A DNA stretch of 58,722 nt, filler included, from Sphacelaria rigidula (GCA_964200075.2; 9 parts of 9 records of this genome joined end to end with filler, not necessarily neighbours in it), one strand, 5' to 3'; counted from the first letter of the whole stretch, positions 14,275 through 26,145 are shown. Notes: generated from the letters alone by a model not told the origin. Numbers and translations: made by a program.

Positions 14275-15420
14275 TGTAGCGCCTTCTTTATTTGTTTCTG
14301 CAATACTTCTGGTGTTTTCTGGTATTCCCACAAAATCATCCGCGAACATCAATCCCGATGTCTTATCTTTCCCCACCCTGACGCCATGCTTTGCTGCTTC
14401 TATTGCTCTCATTATGCCCTCGATAAATACGCTGAATAAAGTGAGTGATGACGTACATCCTTGTGCAATTCCTTGTAAAATATCAATATTTTCTTATATT
14501 TCCACACCTAGCATCATAGCATTTTTCCCATATTCTGTAATATTCTTTACCGTTCTCCACATATTTCATTCAATGCCAACACCCTGACGCCATGCTTTGC
14601 TACTTCGATTGCTCTCATTATGCCCTCGATAAATACGTCGAATAAAATGAATGATGATGTACATCCTTGTGCAATACCTTGTAAAATATCAATATTTTCT
14701 TATATTTCCACACCTAGCATCGTAGCATTTCTCCCAAATTCTGTCATATTTTTTTACCGTTCTCCACATATTTCATTCAATGCCAGTTTCCCACATACCA
14801 CAGCTCATGTCTCCATACTGTGTCATCGACCTTCTGTACGTGTAGAAAGAAAACAGTACGTTGTTAGCCCCGCGTCTTTCCTACCTCGAATAATCGTACC
14901 GACTGTGTACACATTGTCAACGCAGCTACAGTTTACTCTAAACCCTGCTTCCTCCTTGATGATTTTTTCTTCCTTCTCCAATATCGTTCCCACTTTATCG
15001 TTCAGAATCTTACAGAAATCTCTCAAACATTTCCCTGCTCAACATTGTTTCCTTTCTAGAAAACGTTTTCCACGACTCCTTCTCTCCACCTTTTCGGCGT
15101 GTACTCGTTTTCCCATATCCAATTGTACAGCATAAGCATCATGGTAATCGTTCCCTCTCTCGCGCACTTTATGAATCTAATCACTGTTCCGTGTGCCACT
15201 GCTGCCTTTCTTTTCTCGAGTTTAGCCTGTACACACATCTTCACCTCCTCTCTTGTGGACCCTATCTGCGATTCTTTCGAACCGCCGTTTTTCGTTTTGA
15301 TACCTCTACAGTTGTCTCCGCCCACGCGTTTATTTCTTCCTCGCGTTTAGTGTCAAACCTCTTGTTACTTGTTGATGTTCATAGTTTTCGTTAGTTTTCT
15401 ACTATTATTTTTCTCTTCCC
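14275..15420 (-). pseudogene. Degenerate non-LTR (LINE) reverse transcriptase remnant
   Basis: Minus-strand pieces include FCKILNDKVGTILEKEEKIIKEEAGFRVNCSCVDNVYTVGTIIRGRK, ILQGIAQGC, the catalytic GLMFADDFVGI (FADD at 14335-14346) and LYNWIWENEYTPKRWREGVV. The region has frameshifts and stops. Confidence 0.85.
14375..14786. repeat. 206-bp tandem duplication inside the RT remnant
   Basis: accctgacgccatgctttgct... starts at both 14375 and 14581. Confidence 0.9.
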
Positions 15421-15516
15421 CCCTCTGGCATATAAACCACCCTACCATCCTTTGCTCCTAGTGTGGCTATTCCCTTGCCTGACCCTGCGTATCGGGATTG
15501 CAGGCTGGTAAGCCGC

Positions 15517-15825
15517 GCCCCGGTGGTGTATTGGTCCGACTGCCGCCATTAAGGTGGAGAGAACGGGGGTTCGATTCCCGATGCGTCGGGGTTTTACTCC
15601 GTAATGTATGATTTCCACCGTGGAAAGCGTGAGACCGTGAGTAAACAAAGTAGTCGACTGGGCTTGTGTGGCGTGAGTTGACGCGGTGTGGGAGTGCTGA
15701 CCCAATCCGCGAGACCAAAATGGAACGCACGTACTGGGGGAGAGATGGGTTCATCCCTTGACACAACGGACTCGTCCTGAGGAAGGGGAGGGATTCAAAG
15801 TACGAGGGGAAAAAAACAAAACAGA
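15517..15825 (+). mobile_element. tRNA-derived SINE-like element
   Basis: A box TGGTGTATTGG (15524-15534), B box GGTTCGATTCC (15568-15578) and acceptor-like pairing GCCCCGG/TCGGGGT (15517-15523/15586-15592), followed by a body and an A-rich tail (15810-15825). The 3' body recurs in reverse at about 52085-52187. Confidence 0.7.
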
Positions 15826-16027
15826 ATTGCCCGATTCGAATCAATGCCGAGTAGCAAGCATCGATACTCGGTACCGTTCGATATCTACCCCTTCGCAAAG
15901 AACGTGCGGGGAGCAGATAGATCAGATGACCGTCTTGATCGGCTCTTACCGTTACTTACTGATCAGGCGACGAAACAACTACGAACCCGTCCAGCTGGGG
16001 CAGTATAATTGAAGATGGAATAGTTGC

Positions 16028-16552
16028 TCATGAATGCACAGCAAGATGCATCACGCGTAACCGTGAGCACGAGGCGATAATATGAAGAGTAGAGCAACAG
16101 CATGATGCTTCAGCGTTCATGAAATTAGCGCACCAACCGGAGGGGTAGGGGGAATGTTTCAGGAAGATCACGCGACGGAAGCGCTGGGCGTGCCGTTGAA
16201 GTAGAAGGCTTGAAATGCAGCATGCAACATGCCGCATGTAAAGGGCGGGCGTATGTGCAAGTGAAAGTGTGCGTCGGTAGATTGTGGGGGAGTACGAGGA
16301 ACCATAATGCGGCCAATGGCAGAGGCGTGGGCTCACGTACGTCGGGTGTGTACCGGGGCCACTTGCAGTGCGGTTGGCGGTAGCGATAAAACTGCGACAG
16401 CTTGATGCAAGGTGCAACGGAACAGTTTGAAATGTGGTACTATATTTTGAAATACGATATGCAAGGAAAGGAATGACGGTATAAGGAGAATAATGTGAGA
16501 ATGCGGAGGGAAGCGGTAAGACGGAATTAGCGGTGCGTGCACACGCGCCCGT

Positions 16553-16599
<47 letters not shown>

Positions 16600-17590
16600 C
16601 ACAGGATGATAGTATATTGCGGGGTAAAGTGCCGCAGCACAGCGTACAGTGCGGTATGGGGAAATGTTGGGAGGTAAATTGCGGACGTTTGGTGAAGGGT
16701 GTGGCGATGAGGCGTGAAAGGGCGAGATGAAGCGGTACCGCTTGAAATTGGTACGTGACACGACAATGAAAATATCCGAGAAAGGGGCTGACGCTGATAG
16801 AAGGGTAGCGTGCGGCAAGCGAAGTTAGATACGCGTAATCGACTCGTGTCTGGTCGTGAATGTATGCTACTCTTGCAGTGCTTGCAGGCAGTTAACCTTG
16901 TGCTCGACGCCATCCGCGATGAGGACAGACGTTTCGGTTCTGACTATGTGAGAAGACCGCTCCACAAAGTGGAAAGGCAGGCGAATCAATCAGCACGTGC
17001 TACGGCCAGAGCGGGAGCTGTTCTAGGGCTGAGTGATACGTTCTGACTAAATGGCCAGGATATCACCCGGGTGTGTCATTGATAGTGTAGCAGAAGTGGT
17101 GCTACCGTCCAAGACAGGGATCTCCACGGATACGTTGAAAGAGGATGAAAACAGGATACGGCAGTGAATGATGTTGTAGTAAGCATCGAGGCAGTATACG
17201 GGGGAGTCAGGCGGCCACCAGGCGGACGTTGGCAAGGGTAAGGCTACGGAGGAGGGTCATTCGGCCGAGGATATGAAGGGGCGGCGGCGGGGCGTTTTCG
17301 TTGAGGTGCGACGCACCAGCTGGGTTACGAAGCTTGAAGTGGGGAGCTTGATCAAGGTCATGCGGGGTGGACATGAGGACACGCGAAGGTGGCAGAGTGG
17401 TATAGTGGGTCAGGTTGACAGATTGGCGATTTTGTAGGGTGAGCAGGTAGGCAAAGCGACATGACGGAGACGTTGTCCGTTGGGAGTGCAAAATGAATAT
17501 GAGAGGTGCAGCGGTCGGCAAGAGTTTGGAGTGAGGAAGGCGGTAGAGCGGTACGGCGTGGTTGGCGGCAGCGGAGGTGACAGTGGGGAG
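16028..17590 (-). mobile_element. Possible highly decayed L1-like LINE 3' portion
   Basis: Weak motifs only: LHILGRMTLLRSLTL (resembles the L1-clade LSxxGRxTL motif) and THTFTCTYARPL (resembles the H-x-F-x-C end of a zinc knuckle). Many stops; interrupted by (CA)n. Confidence 0.3.
16553..16602. repeat. (CA)n microsatellite
   Basis: About 24 CA units with one interruption. Confidence 0.95.
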
Positions 17591-17600
17591 GGGGGGGGAG

Positions 17601-17724
17601 GGGGGGGCGTACTCCTTTGTTGCTTGCCTCAGNNNNNNNNNNGGGGGGGGGGGGGGTGCGTCCTCATTTGTTGCTTGCCGCAGTCGTTTGCCCATGGACC
17701 ACGCATCCCTTTCGAGACGGGGCT
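17601..17724 (-). mobile_element. Short LINE 3'-end copies (variant A) embedded in G tracts
   Basis: G run followed by gcgt(a/c)ctc(c/a)tttgttgcttgcc...gaccacgcatccctttcgagacgg; matches 19066-19133 and 56540-56605. Confidence 0.75.
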
Positions 17725-19044
17725 GGGTGGGGGGAGGAGGGCGCTGCCAAGTGTTGTTTAAAGTTTGAGCATCGCAACGCACGCAAGAGGGAGGCAGTCA
17801 TAGGAACAAAAACATGGAGGACAAGAAAGTGTTCGGTGTTGTCGGTGGCCCGAACTGCAGGATATCCTTCCCCACGCTATACTGAGATCAGAAGGTGGTC
17901 AGCGCCCGAATGAAGGTTGATCATGCCGCTTCGGGGACGGTGGTGGATATTAGCCCCGAGATCGTAGGAAAGGCATCGCTTAGGCCAGGCGTGCACTCCG
18001 GTTGCTGGTTTTCTTTCCTGCGACGGTGGCGTCAGGCGCCGTTATAAAAAAAGGAAAATAAAAAAGGGCGAAGTTCTGGTCAGTATCCAGTTACACGCCA
18101 CTACGGTGAGTCACTGCAAAAAGAAAGAAAAAAAACAGCTCAGCTCAGCAGCCCGTCACACGCAGCTATAATAGCTGCAGTGAGACATCTACTAAAAGAA
18201 AAAAAAAAAGAGCAGCGAAGTTCAGTTTCAGCAGCCAGTCATACATCGATGGAGTGAGTCAGCGACCCCAGTCACCTTGCGCATCTGCGCACAAGCCCCG
18301 CCGGTCGTTGAAGTTAGTGCCAAACGGTAGGACGCCTGGAGACGCGCTGGGGCTGGAGGTTGTTGAGCTCGCCTAAGATAAGATGGGGCAAGATTTTAAC
18401 CGTTGGCAAAGTCGTTTCACCATTGGCGTACGAGGGATGGTATACAAATAAACGAGGTTAGAAGCTCGCATACGCACACGGGCGCGCCATGTGCTGACTG
18501 TATGTGAGTAGGCTGATGCGGAAGCAGAGTTGATTGATGAGGAGCAGGCACGAGGCAGTGGGAAATGTCCAGGCCCCACAGCCGAATCTAACGCAAGAGG
18601 CGGAAGAATGGGCGCAAGAGGCTGAATGGGTGCTGGACAACAAAGTGCGGAAACGTTCTCCAGCCGCAATCACCGATATACAACGCATGTAATGGAAGAG
18701 ACATCCCCAATCGTCATATTTTAGCGTTCCGCGATGATGAAATATTTGTGCCACAAGCTCTTCGGTATCACGTTGGAATTTGGGATCACCCGTTGCTGGT
18801 CGGGCATCCTCATCGCCACGAGATTCTGCCATGAATAACACCAGGGGTGGGCGTCTTTGATTTCCTTCAATGAAATGACAAAAGGGGAGTCAGTGCAGTG
18901 GCCCTTCGGGAGCGATATTTATATTTTCCCGGCACGAGGTTTTCCTCAAAGGATACCGGCAGAGTGTGCGCGGTTTGTAGCGGATGAAGTGGCGAGCGTA
19001 GTCACGAGAAAATGTCTCGTGGCCTGGGCGCAAGTTAAAGGTGC

Positions 19045-19509
19045 GGGGGGCGGGGGGCGAGGGGCGGCGTTCTCGTTTGTTACTGGCCTTAGTCGTTTGA
19101 CCATTGACCACGCATCCCTTTCGAGACGGAGCACCCTTCCTATTCCTGATGGAGACACCCCCAACATTTAGGTGCTCATAACGTTCCTTCCATACATTAC
19201 ACAAAAAACATGATTCTACATATCTTATTCCCGTCCTGTTTCGCCGTCTGTGGCCGCCATATATATCTTCATATAGCCATCGTTCTCTCGCTACTGTCTA
19301 GTGCATCAAACGATTCCATGCCACCTTCGGCCACGTCTTGCATTTCCCCCTATAGCACGTCCTATTCCTCCTTGTATAGTTCACATTCTGACACTATATG
19401 AGCCCTGCTCTCTATTGCTTTGCCACAGGGGCAATTCCGTGCATCCACTTCCTCCTCCACTCGACGACTGGTATATCTCTCGATTCTTTCCGGCAGATCC
19501 AGGTCCCCC
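19045..19509 (-). mobile_element. 3' end of a non-LTR retrotransposon (zinc-knuckle region, ORF2 end and C-rich tail)
   Basis: The reverse complement of 13074-13362 continues into ...NVGGVSIRNRKGAPSRKGCVVNGQTTKASNK and ends in a C-rich tract (G-rich on the plus strand, 19045-19068). Confidence 0.75.
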
Positions 19510-19609
19510 NNNNNNNNNNNNNNNNNNNNNNNNNNNNNNNNNNNNNNNNNNNNTTAATTAATTAANNNNNNNNNNNNNNNNNNNNNNNNNNNNNNNNNNN
19601 NNNNNNNNN
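19510..19609. other. Artificial contig-join linker
   Basis: N44-TTAATTAATTAA-N44. Confidence 0.98.
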
Positions 19610-19850
19610 AACACCGCATGGGTAGGCGCAGAGTACAAGCGCAGAAAAGCACGGAGCGACTTGTACCTTTTCAACTCATGACATAGACCACGTGGCATTC
19701 GGAACAGAAAAAACTAAACCCTGAAAAGTTGGCCACGGTTCACACCTACGTGGTAAAAATAAATTAAAAAAAAGCTGGGGTTTCAGCGTAAACAATCCAG
19801 TCGTTCTCGCTTCTATCCCTGAGTTCTGATTTTTTTCCCGAAATTCTCTA
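19610..19850. repeat. Dispersed repeat, also present at about 33386-33620
   Basis: acaccgcatg..gcgcagagtaca...cacgtggcattcggaacaga...ccctgaaaagttggccacggt is shared between the two sites. Confidence 0.85.
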
Positions 19851-20084
19851 ATATCCTCCCTGGAGGTTTCAATTTAAAGACCGAACGACTCAATTAATTG
19901 ATTGTTGGATGGATGGATGGATGGATGATTGGTCGGGTGGGTTATATTCATTACTTAAATATTGTTTCAGGATGGTTGGGTGGATGGTTGGATTTTACTT
20001 TTTGGACAAGGGAAAGACAATATATACGGTTGGTTTTATTTATTTAACAAGGGAAAGACAATATATTATATATCATAAATATAT

Positions 20085-20412
20085 AAATAAATATGTAAAG
20101 GAGCAGAAGCAAACATATACCCCGCTAAGCCCACCGAACTCCTCGGATTTTGTCATTGTTCATTGATAAATTTCTTACAATTGAAAGAAAATATTGAAAA
20201 AAACACGATCATTTCAATTGTCGGAAAATTGCCCTCCAGCATCTGAGGTCATCGGGATAGAACGGGCAACGAGCAGAAGCAGATACACGAACCCCACAAA
20301 GCCCACCAGACTTTTCCGTTTTTGTCAGCATTTATTGATCAATTCCTTGCAAGAAACTCGACAAAAAAAACGAAAAAAATCATGACAATTTTCGAGAAAA
20401 TGCCCTCCGGGA
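20085..20412 (+). repeat. About 330-bp direct repeat, copy 1 (internally dimeric, about 170-bp subunits)
   Basis: aaataaatatg(t/c)aaaggagcagaagcaaacata...gcatctgaggt.atcggga.agaacgggcaa.gagcagaagcagatacacgaacccc is shared with 25611-25975. Confidence 0.85.
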
Positions 20413-22811
20413 GGGGGGGAGGGGTTGACCAACGTGTCCGAAATTTTTCGCTCGACAGACCCTTGTAGATATTGTACATTTATTGAAACCTGTGAGTGGT
20501 CGGTGTTGGGATGATGCTCTTCCTGCGGAAAAGTTGCTCCAGATCAGTGGGTGGACTGTGCTCTAGTGTTCAGCTGCTGTACTACTCGGCAAGCGCACGC
20601 CCCCAAGCTGCCACCCCACGTTTACCAGAATTGCGGAGATAGGGACAAGAACATGAATAGCAGCAGCTGTGGCCGCTACACACCAACGCAACTGCACTAA
20701 AAGGCTTGCCTGACATCGTGCCAGAACGAGAAAGTACGGAAATTTGGACACCATGACCAGCAGCGTCGCGCATGTGAAAAGTACTGAGGGCGATGTTTGA
20801 TGTTGACGATCAAGAGTTTCACCCTGTGCGGATTGGCTGAGCTCTGCATGCCCTACACATGACTGTAACTGCGGGATTGGAGAGTTATTTTTTTTGGGCC
20901 CCATGGGGTCAGGGTCATGGCATGACGGGGAGGAATCCCATCTTGTCAGTCGCTCTGGCATGGTCTGGTACACTCTGTCCAGATCAACATCTCGAACGTC
21001 AATTTCCCCTCAAGTTCAAAATATCGTGAGGGAAGAAGTAGAACAAATGTGACGAAAAAATTGAGATTCCAGCAGAGACGATATGGACGGTGATATGGGA
21101 GTGGGCGAGGTGAAATGGTTAATCACCGACTGCGCTCCTTTCCGCCTGTATAGTGTCCCGTCCAAACAGCAAGTTGGCTGAAGTCGCATAGCTAACATGT
21201 TCTTTGAAGTATGTACAGTCACGTGGAATATCTTTGCTGTGCCGACCCGGTTATACATGGCCAGTGCGCCATCAAAAATCCCAACGATACACGTAGCAGG
21301 TATGATCACGGCCCGTTTCTCCTCCGGCGATCCTACAGCTGTCACGTGGTTCAGCGCGGATGCTAGGGACGGACCAAACCGCTCCAGTCTTGCACTTACT
21401 TAGGCGTCCATGTCGCGAAGTTCGAGGTTAATCGCCACGGCTACCCCGGGTGGCAGTACCGAGCGCACAAGGTATATGAACGTCCGTCGATCATCCCCTG
21501 CATCCACCTCAATCTCACTTAATTTTTTTACCGTGGCGTTGGCTATGCCGACCCTCGCCGTCATTTCATGAATCTCCATTGCTTGTAGCCTTCTGTTGCT
21601 CGGGCCAAGCCCCCCCATGCGTTATGAACGCCCGGGTGATTCTTCGTATTCTTCCGTCTCGACTTCGATACGTGAGCATGCGAGGGTTCTTCTTGACGTC
21701 CCATAGTGACTGGGGCACGTCTTTCTTTCACCTAGTAGCATGGAGTTAAAGGCCCCTCCTCCACCGTTCTCTCGCCGGAAGCTCCTCCGTCTTCGCGCGG
21801 GGTTGTGGCCACTTTGTTGAGAGCTATGGCCGACCGATTCGATGGCAGTATCTCCAGCGTGCTTTGTCCAGACACCGACGAAGAGACTTGCAGGTCGTGC
21901 CTCTCCCGCCCGGTCGACTTCTTGCCTTTTTATCCCTAGCTCTCCGATGGTGGTCACGTTCCTCCGCCACCCCCCTGATTTTTCACGACTGCGACATCAG
22001 CGGAAGCGCCTAGCTTCCCGAAGCCATAGAGCGGTGCAGCCGCCGTGTGTCAACCGCAGGATTGGGGACTTACCCTCGTCGGCCCAGGTCTGGGTGACCG
22101 ACGTGACCTCCGGCGATTCCACCCCGGTTTTCCAGCGGTACTGTGCGTTCGAAGTCTGTCGGTTCGGATCCACTCGCAAACACGACCACGGGTTTGTCGG
22201 ACGCAATGGCGGCCCGAGTGATGCACGTGCGTCACTACCTCTGCGGCGGAGATGGGACAGCGAGGGATGGGTGCAAGATGTCGGCTAGTTGCTCTTTTTC
22301 TCTTGCAACGGTCGGAGCACTGAAAGCACGAGCGAAGTCTGCAGATGCGTGCGATGTATACCATCTGTCGTTTACATGGTCTTACTGCGACGGGGATCTC
22401 ATGGAGCTCTCTCTCTTCGGGATCGGCTTTGGTGTCATCTGTCGTTCGGGTTGCTCTCCCCGGCTTCTGAGTAAGCCCCCAGAAGTTTCGCTTCTCCAGG
22501 TCTACTCTGAGCGAACATCCCGGAGGGGGAAGGGGGGAGGGGGGACGGCCGAACATGAATGCTTTTGATCCAACGTGCTTTCCACCGTGCGGTTCTTATC
22601 CTGTAATGTGCTACGGCAACCGAGTTGTTTTTTCACTGCCGTATCTAGTGTCACCTCGTGCGAACGTGGTGGTGGCATCTTTTGACGTCACAACTCGAAA
22701 TTCATATCGATGTTAACTCCGTTGATCTTGCTTCACGTAAAGGGTGCTTTGAACCCGGGCGTAGGTTCACCACATGCGCCTCTTTTGCGAAGAGGGGTAC
22801 TGGCAGCGATA

Positions 22812-23890
22812 CAGTAGTGAGCGGTCTAACTATTCAGAGGTGTTTCGGGGTTTTCCTCGCGTGCTGCTCTTCGATAGCACTCGAAATTGCTGGCGTCGGT
22901 AGATTTTCGTGCAAGAAACAGATCATCTTTGAAGCACAGTGCCCAAGTCAGCGTTAGTTAGCGTTATCAGGCGATACGAGTAAATACCCCGTTTATCAGG
23001 AGAGTGTTATTGACCGTAAAACACAGTTTTTCGGCTCGAGTGCAATAAGTAGGTAGAACTTCAAAGAAATAAAACTGTACATTTCTTCACGAATATGATC
23101 AGGACAGGCTTGATCGACCGAAAACACCGAAGAGTGAGAACAGTCTTACGCCAAAAAAAATAAGCAAGCCAACTGCTAAGATTCCCGCATGCAAAAATCA
23201 TACGCACCTCATGTATCTTTCGACGGTTTAACAGGGTTTAGTACTGTATTTTCAGTACAAATCAAGGATTATTTTGCTTGTGGATTTCTCCGCCGTGTCT
23301 GTTCTAACCAGCCTGAAACTTGGCAAAGAGGTAGACCACAGCACAGACAGCACATTCCCGGAGCGGCGGCACGTTTTACGTGGTGCGCTAGTAGCACGAA
23401 GCAAAATACGGATTTTGGGCAATGTCATCGATACGCCCTCAAAACGCTGTCCTTTCGGCCCAGACTGCGTGAGACGTCAGTGGATGCATATGTTGACACG
23501 CAGATACGCTCACTTCCTGCTGGGTGGCTCCTGCCCCGGCAAACGAACACATCGATCCGTATTGCGCACACTCTGGATGGTGTCATTCTACGCGGTATCT
23601 GTCTTGGTATCGCCTGTAGAGGTGCTCACTTCAGGAGACACGGCCGTGCAAGCGCTGTTGGTGCTTTTACGTGCTGAAACTTCGACCACATGTCATGTAG
23701 ACTACAGACAACAACCCCATCTTGCTGAATCTGGGGTTGCGCGGTGTGTGCGTGCGTGTTGGGGCGAAAAGATGCCGGATTATGTTCCGATTTTTTTTCT
23801 CTTTTTTTTGGCGTAAGACTAGAGAATCTGGGCTGAAACGTGGCAGGACCCCGATGACCGGTCAGCCCGTAAGTCACTGAATATTAGGTA
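22812..23890. repeat. Dispersed repeat family X (inverted copy) interrupted by a nested TIR element
   Basis: Reverse complement of 8860-9240, split at gagaa (23136-23140 and 23822-23826). Confidence 0.8.
23141..23821. mobile_element. 681-bp non-autonomous DNA transposon with TIRs and a 5-bp TSD (GAGAA)
   Basis: Ends are cagtcttacgccaaaaaaaa and ttttttttggcgtaagacta, with gagaa on both sides. The empty site is visible in the family X copy near 8907-8928, and a second, truncated copy lies at 45463-45652. Confidence 0.85.
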
Positions 23891-24429
23891 CATATAAGGA
23901 TCGGACGGGGCCGCCTATCGGCGGCCCCGTCCTCCACGATAGGCGTGGAAAGGGAGTAATTTAAATTGGGAGGTGGTACAGGCAATGCCTACTACCAAGA
24001 GGTTGAGCCAAAGGTTGCACATCTGTATCGGTCATGGAACTATGTTATACGTGATGAGTAAAAGATGGAAGATCCGGCAAGGGCGTAATGTTTGACCCGT
24101 TCGGCGCGCATTTTTGTTTCCCTTTCAAACGGAAGACTGTGACGCTAAAATAGACGGCCAGGACAGCGACAAGAAAATTTAGCTCCAAAATCTACCGAAC
24201 CGCGGCAGCTGTTGAATTCACTGAGAAAGAGACAAAAGAAAAGAAAAAACTGCGACTTCAAAGTTCATCGAACTCCTAGAAATAGAAGCTAAGAAACGAA
24301 GAAAGGCCTGAGAAACAAGCGCCGCGCGGTAAGTTGCATGTTTTTTTGTTCTTTCTTACGCTCTCACTGATCGGACGCCTACGCTGTAAGGAAAACTGAT
24401 CGGGTTTCCGCCTCAACGTGAATGTGTTG

Positions 24430-24660
24430 CATGTATACAACCATATATGGCCTGAAGGAAACTCTGCTTCCTAGCGCATCCCCCTTCACTCTGCAATACG
24501 TTAGGCGATGCACGGCCTGCCGCAAACATGTGGCTCCCCTAATTCTTAGAGAATGCAACGCAAAGTTGTGGGGTGGTAATCCCGCGAAGGCTACAATTTG
24601 TCGGAGCGCCTCCCTCGGTGGCCTGAGACTTGGCACCGATCCCAACGTGACACAGAAGAC
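24430..24660 (-). pseudogene. Tyrosine recombinase C-terminal remnant (DIRS/Ngaro- or Crypton-type)
   Basis: EALRQIVAFAGLPPHNFALHSLRIRGAT contains the H-x-x-R box (HSLR at 24544-24555), typical of the HSLRxGGAT motif of tyrosine-recombinase retroelements. Frameshifted downstream. Confidence 0.7.
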
Positions 24661-24929
24661 GTGTGGTAACGCAGCGGAATTTGCAAGAGCATGCAGTACC
24701 AAGCCGGCCACGTGGGCTTGCCTGCCCTCCGTTCGAAAGGAACACTGATAACAAAAGTCTTTTTCCCGCACTATGACGACGATTGAACGCTCTCCGAATA
24801 TACCATTGAAGCACACAGAATATACTTCCCCAGTGAGTTCCTTGGCCCGGTTGTCTTGAAGCATGTCGAGGTTGCACGAAGGTTTTGGAAACCCAGTGTT
24901 CATCCATGCCATAGTTACGAACGTGAGGT

Positions 24930-25090
24930 AGAATTCTTCTTCCTAGCGCATCCCCCCTTACTCTGACTCGCCTGGCGCGCATCATGTAGCGCTTCTAATT
25001 CTTATAGAATGCAACGCAAACACGTGGGGTGGTAATTCCGTCAAGGCGACAATTTATCGGAGCGCCTTGGTGGCGTCAGACTTGGACCAC
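24930..25090 (-). pseudogene. Second, more decayed copy of the tyrosine recombinase C-terminal remnant
   Basis: ALR*IVALTELPPHVFALHSIRIRSAT; the DNA aligns with 24467-24635. Confidence 0.65.
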
Positions 25091-25339
25091 ACTGTTCACG
25101 TGTTGATATCTACTGATGCGCGTCCATCGTGCACTGGATGGGACGTTCACTGACGTTTCTGGTACGTGCCGTGTAGAGTACCAAGGGTCTGTCAAAAATA
25201 TATTTCGGGACACGTGGGCCCCAATATCGAAAATCCGAGTCTTTAAGGGGGAGGGGAGAGACACCCATCCGTGTGTCCCCTGGTTTTTCGCCGAAGCGTT
25301 GGCGGATGCGGTCAGCTGCCGTAGACAGTAGAAATCCTT

Positions 25340-25612
25340 GTACATTATAAATTATATATTATTCAACATATATTACATATCATACATTATATTTCATAAT
25401 ATTACTTATCATATATTATGTACCATATAATATAGGTCGATATGACACATATGCTTCTTCTCCTTAATATATACTATATTGTATGTAATATATATGACAG
25501 ATATATATTCATGTATTATATCAATATATATATATATTAATGTATATAGATGCTATATAGTATATAACATACGAATATTATATTATATATTATGTATATT
25601 ATGTATATACAA
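25340..25612. repeat. Degenerate (TA)n / AT-rich low-complexity tract
   Basis: Almost entirely A/T, with tatata arrays. Confidence 0.9.
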
Positions 25613-25975
25613 ATAAATATGCAAAGGAGCAGAAGCAAACATACACCCCGCAGAGCCCACCAAACTCTTCGGATGTTGTCAATGTTCATTGATTAATTTG
25701 TTGCAACAAAGTTAACAGAGAATATCGAAAAAAACAGGATAATTTTAGTTGTCGGAAAAATGCCCTCCGGCATCTGAGGTAATCGGGACAGAACGGGCAA
25801 GGAGCAGAAGCAGATACACGAACCCCACGAACCCCACTAGAATTTTCCGTTTTTGTCAGCGTTTATTGATCAATTTCTTGTAACGAAATTAACAGAAATA
25901 TTCAAAGCAGTATTTATTGGTCAATTCCTTGCGCGAAACTTGACAAAACAAAATCGAAAAAATACTCTCCGGGAG
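25611..25975 (+). repeat. About 330-360-bp direct repeat, copy 2
   Basis: Aligns with 20085-20412. Confidence 0.85.
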
Positions 25976-26045
25976 GGGTGTACTCATGATCATGCATGCC
26001 ATAGTCATCAGACCATTGACCTCGCATCCCTACATGCCGGGACGG

Positions 26046-26145
26046 NNNNNNNNNNNNNNNNNNNNNNNNNNNNNNNNNNNNNNNNNNNNTTAATTAATTA
26101 ANNNNNNNNNNNNNNNNNNNNNNNNNNNNNNNNNNNNNNNNNNNN
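26046..26145. other. Artificial contig-join linker
   Basis: N44-TTAATTAATTAA-N44. Confidence 0.98.

Noticed and set aside
15517..15592. Functional tRNA gene
   Set aside because: The anticodon arm and the T-arm-to-acceptor spacing are irregular, and it is fused to a repeated body with an A-rich tail; a SINE head fits better.
13074..19509. Contig with about 290-bp terminal inverted repeats, suggesting a linear plasmid, virus or Polinton-like element
   Set aside because: The repeated sequence is an internal LINE ORF2 fragment and both ends break at the same base of that repeat, as expected for assembly breaks. There is no polymerase, capsid or transposase inside.
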